A stretch of DNA of 32,000 bases, taken from Candidatus Electrothrix sp. GW3-4. GTDB lineage: Bacteria; Desulfobacterota; Desulfobulbia; Desulfobulbales; Desulfobulbaceae. The position numbers were made by a program, and so were the translations under genes. The notes under the pieces were generated by a model. The model saw nothing but the letters and a program-made list of their open reading frames with translations, was not told where the DNA came from and searched no databases. The stretch lies in assembly GCF_037902255.1 (NCBI RefSeq), contig NZ_CP147990.1, positions 900,001 to 932,000 on the forward strand, in the 5' to 3' direction. Shown in pieces: positions 29,232 through 32,000 of this stretch. The first letter of the stretch is position 1; every line of letters begins with the position of its first letter.

Positions 29232-29258
29232 CCACAGCGTCCTTTGCCAACATTGTCT

Positions 29259-32000
29259 TCAGTTGGCTCTGTCTTTTGTCCTGTTCAGCAGTTCCAGGAT
29301 GCGACCAAAGTGAAACTCACGGGCCAGGACCAGCAGCCCTTTTCCGGTTTCTGGATATTTCCTGCGGATCTCTTTAATAATCTCTTCAGTTTCTGCAATA
29401 TCCAGATTTTGCGCCGCCCTGCCCAGTCGTTCCTGCTGTTCAGGAGACAGGTTGTCTATCATTGCCGCCGTAACCGTGATTCTCGGTTCCGCCGTTCTGC
29501 TTTCCAGCTCCTCTTTATAGATATAGCGTACTCCCAGATATTTTTCCATGACAGAGAAGACTTCACTGGACCGGAAAGGTTTATGCACCACTTCGTCACA
29601 ACCGGCAGCCAGGATTCTCCTGTGCTGCTGTCTGAAGGCGCTGGCCGTAAGGGCCACAATGGGTATGTTTTTGCCTGGCAGGGCGCGGATACGTCGGGTT
29701 GCCTCATATCCGTCGAGCACTGGCATGCGTATGTCCATCCAGATGAAATGTGGGTGCCATTGTTGAAACATCACCACGGCCTCCTCCCCGTTCACCGCCT
29801 CCTGTACTGAAAAGCCAACCTGGGTCAGGAGGGTCGTCAGCAGCAGCCGGTTATCAGGATTATCCTCCACGATCAAGATACGCTGCTCCGGCTGCCCTTC
29901 AGCGAGCCTGATCACCTCTGGATCCCATGTCTGCGCTGTGGTCACTGCTTCGGCCTGGGCAGGGGAAAGGCATAGGCTGACCTGAAAAATGCTGCCTTTT
30001 CCTATGCTGCTCTGTGCCTCTATACTGCCGCCCATAAGTTTTGCAAAGGAACGGGAAATGGCCAAGCCGAGACCGGTCCCCTTGCTGTCGCGGCCGCTGC
30101 CCGCCTGAAAAAATGGCTTGAAGACAGCCTCCAGATCTTTAGGCGGGATACCAGGACCCGTGTCTTCTATCTCCAGTTCAAGCCGCAGTCCTTGTCCTTG
30201 AGCCACGGTCCGGGCCCGCAGGACCACACCGCCCTTGTCGGTGAATTTTACCGCATTACCCAGCAGGTTGATCAGGATCTGGCGCAGTTTGCCCGCATCT
30301 CCGTTGACAAAGCGTTCGGTTTTCGGTGCAGTCTCCAGGCTGAACATAAGATTTTTGCTCCTGGCCCGGGAACGCATCATCTCTCCGATTTCCTCCAGCA
30401 GCCTCGGCAGTTCAAAGGGTTCAGGATCCAGCTCTGTTCTGCCTGCTTCAATCTTGGAAAGATCAAGGATGTCGTTGATCATCGCCAACAGGTGCGCACC
30501 GCTGCGGTTGATAATGGTGAGTTTCTCCTGTTGATTGCCTGTCGTCTGCGGGTCCTTGGCCAACATTCCGGAAAAACCGAGAATGGCGTTCAAGGGAGTA
30601 CGCAGCTCATGGGACATGTTGGCCAGGAAGATGCTCTTGGCCAGGTTGGCCGCCTCAGCAGCATCTCTTTCCTTGCGTAATGCTGCCTCGGCGTTTTTGG
30701 TATCAGTGATATCATGCATGGAAACAACCGCACCGAGTTTGCGTCCGTTCCTATCATGCATGACTTGCCCCGATGCCAGCAGGGTTCGCCGTTTGCCATG
30801 CTCTGGTGCAATAACCATTTCCTGATCTTGCACGACTTCACCACAGAAGGCACGAAACAGCGGAATCTCCTCCTTGCGCATCAGGGTTACTCCGTCGGCT
30901 GAATATAGATTATAATGATCCGCCCATTGGTCAGGAGGGATGCTTTTTTCACCTATCCCGTGAAACTTGCGCGTTGACTTATTGAACAAGGTAAGTATGC
31001 CGTGCCTGTCACAGGCCACAATGCCATCCTGGATGTTTTCCAACACCGCCTCAAAAAAAATTTGCTGCTGGGAGAGCTGGTCATTCACCCTGGAAAGTTC
31101 TTTGCTGCGTTTCTGTAAGGCAGAATTCACGATTTCCAATTCAGCAGTACGTTTCTTGACACGCTCCTTGAGTGAACGGTGGGTTTTCCATATTTGATAG
31201 ATATACAACAACATCAGGAAAAGAGCCAAGAGTGAAGTCGCTCCGGCCACACCCTTCAGTAACTGCGTTCGCTGTCGTTCCTTCCTGTCCAGAATTCCCA
31301 GCCATTTCGTGCGCAGATGCTCATAGGTTCCGTCCGCCATGACCACCATCAATCCTTCGTTCAGGAGGGCCAGTAACCCCTTGTCGCCTTCGGTAACAGC
31401 AAAACAGAAATCCTGACGGAGACCCTGGAGCGGTGCAATGGCTGTTTTCAGGTTATCCAGTTGTAAGCGTTCAATCAGATTGAGCCCGACCAGGCGTTGA
31501 ACAACCACTGCATCCAGTTTTCCTGCAGCCAGCTTTTGCATGGCCTCTTCAAAGGTTCGGGTTGTTACCAGCCTGTCCGTGAGCTTTCTTCGGCGCATAA
31601 ATTCTTCGGCATTATCGCCCTGCATCACCCCCACCCGGCGACCTTTGAGGTCTTGAGGCGTTTTGATCCCGTCTTCGTCTTTACGCACAAAAACAGCCCC
31701 GTAAAGTCTGAGATAAGGTACTGTGAAGTCAAATATAGCCTCCCGTTCTGGTGAACGACCGACCAGGGGCAGGGCATCCAGGCGTCCTTGTTCAAGGTCC
31801 TGTTTAATTGTTTCCCAAGGTCCGACAGTGAAAATGACCTTCCGGCCCATGGCCGTCAATGCTGCCCGCATCAGTTCAACCGAAAATCCATCGGCAGAAC
31901 CATCATTCCGCACAATGGAAAAAGGTGGATAATCCAGTTCAGATGCGGATATGACCGGATTTTTGTCCGCTGCTGTGCTGCTCTTGCAACCGATAGCAAG
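29259..32000 (-). CDS. Hybrid sensor histidine kinase (periplasmic solute-binding domain-TM-PAS-HisKA-HATPase-REC-HPt-like), 5'-partial
   Basis: The track starts at GTG 31913, but the frame stays open to the window edge. There it reads LAIGCKSSTAADKNPVISASELDYPPFSIVRNDG, a lipobox-like LAIGC plus the SBP_bac_3 YPPF motif, so the true start is off-window. The H-box is MSHELRTPLNAILGF, the G-boxes are DTGPGI and GTGLGLAIS, and the receiver is ILIVEDNPDN...WMDIRMPVLDG. Confidence 0.85.
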   Translation of the reverse strand, partial: LAIGCKSSTAADKNPVISASELDYPPFSIVRNDGSADGFSVELMRAALTAMGRKVIFTVGPWETIKQDLEQGRLDALPLVGRSPEREAIFDFTVPYLRLYGAVFVRKDEDGIKTPQDLKGRRVGVMQGDNAEEFMRRRKLTDRLVTTRTFEEAMQKLAAGKLDAVVVQRLVGLNLIERLQLDNLKTAIAPLQGLRQDFCFAVTEGDKGLLALLNEGLMVVMADGTYEHLRTKWLGILDRKERQRTQLLKGVAGATSLLALFLMLLYIYQIWKTHRSLKERVKKRTAELEIVNSALQKRSKELSRVNDQLSQQQIFFEAVLENIQDGIVACDRHGILTLFNKSTRKFHGIGEKSIPPDQWADHYNLYSADGVTLMRKEEIPLFRAFCGEVVQDQEMVIAPEHGKRRTLLASGQVMHDRNGRKLGAVVSMHDITDTKNAEAALRKERDAAEAANLAKSIFLANMSHELRTPLNAILGFSGMLAKDPQTTGNQQEKLTIINRSGAHLLAMINDILDLSKIEAGRTELDPEPFELPRLLEEIGEMMRSRARSKNLMFSLETAPKTERFVNGDAGKLRQILINLLGNAVKFTDKGGVVLRARTVAQGQGLRLELEIEDTGPGIPPKDLEAVFKPFFQAGSGRDSKGTGLGLAISRSFAKLMGGSIEAQSSIGKGSIFQVSLCLSPAQAEAVTTAQTWDPEVIRLAEGQPEQRILIVEDNPDNRLLLTTLLTQVGFSVQEAVNGEEAVVMFQQWHPHFIWMDIRMPVLDGYEATRRIRALPGKNIPIVALTASAFRQQHRRILAAGCDEVVHKPFRSSEVFSVMEKYLGVRYIYKEELESRTAEPRITVTAAMIDNLSPEQQERLGRAAQNLDIAETEEIIKEIRRKYPETGKGLLVLAREFHFGRILELLNRTKDRAN

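Overview
This 32-kb chromosomal window has about 50% GC, and its gene content looks Desulfobacterota-like (a guess, not verified). It opens inside a CRISPR adaptation module: a 5'-partial Cas4-Cas1 fusion followed by Cas2. A 262-bp gap then leads into a 53-repeat, 52-spacer array at 1780-5510. The effector genes lie upstream, off-window. The weakly palindromic 36-bp repeat ending ...GGCGTTGAGCAC, together with the Cas4/Cas1 fusion, suggests a tracrRNA-dependent type V-B (Cas12b) locus rather than type I-G, but this cannot be proven here. Downstream of the array is a 355-bp AT-rich spacer followed by a separate two-repeat degenerate mini-array at 5865-5975. The rest of the window is mostly housekeeping: hpt, mtaB, a PEP-utilizing phosphotransferase, a six-MCE PqiB-like protein coupled to an FNR-like reductase, prmA, a methyltransferase, prpE, a membrane cytochrome c protein, ampG, a nucleoside deaminase, a double zinc-ribbon hypothetical and two hybrid histidine kinases. 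A single-ORF IS66-family element (20257-21989, 8-bp target-site duplication (TSD)) sits in the last codons of an AAA_16-type ATPase gene. Four non-coding signals deserve a second look. These are the mini-array with its AT-rich spacer, repeat-derived fragments in the cas2-array gap, three tandem ~83-bp hairpin units at 11115-11366, and about 13 phased 21-bp dyad-containing repeats at 23051-23323. All calls come from reading the sequence and ORF track by eye, with no database search.
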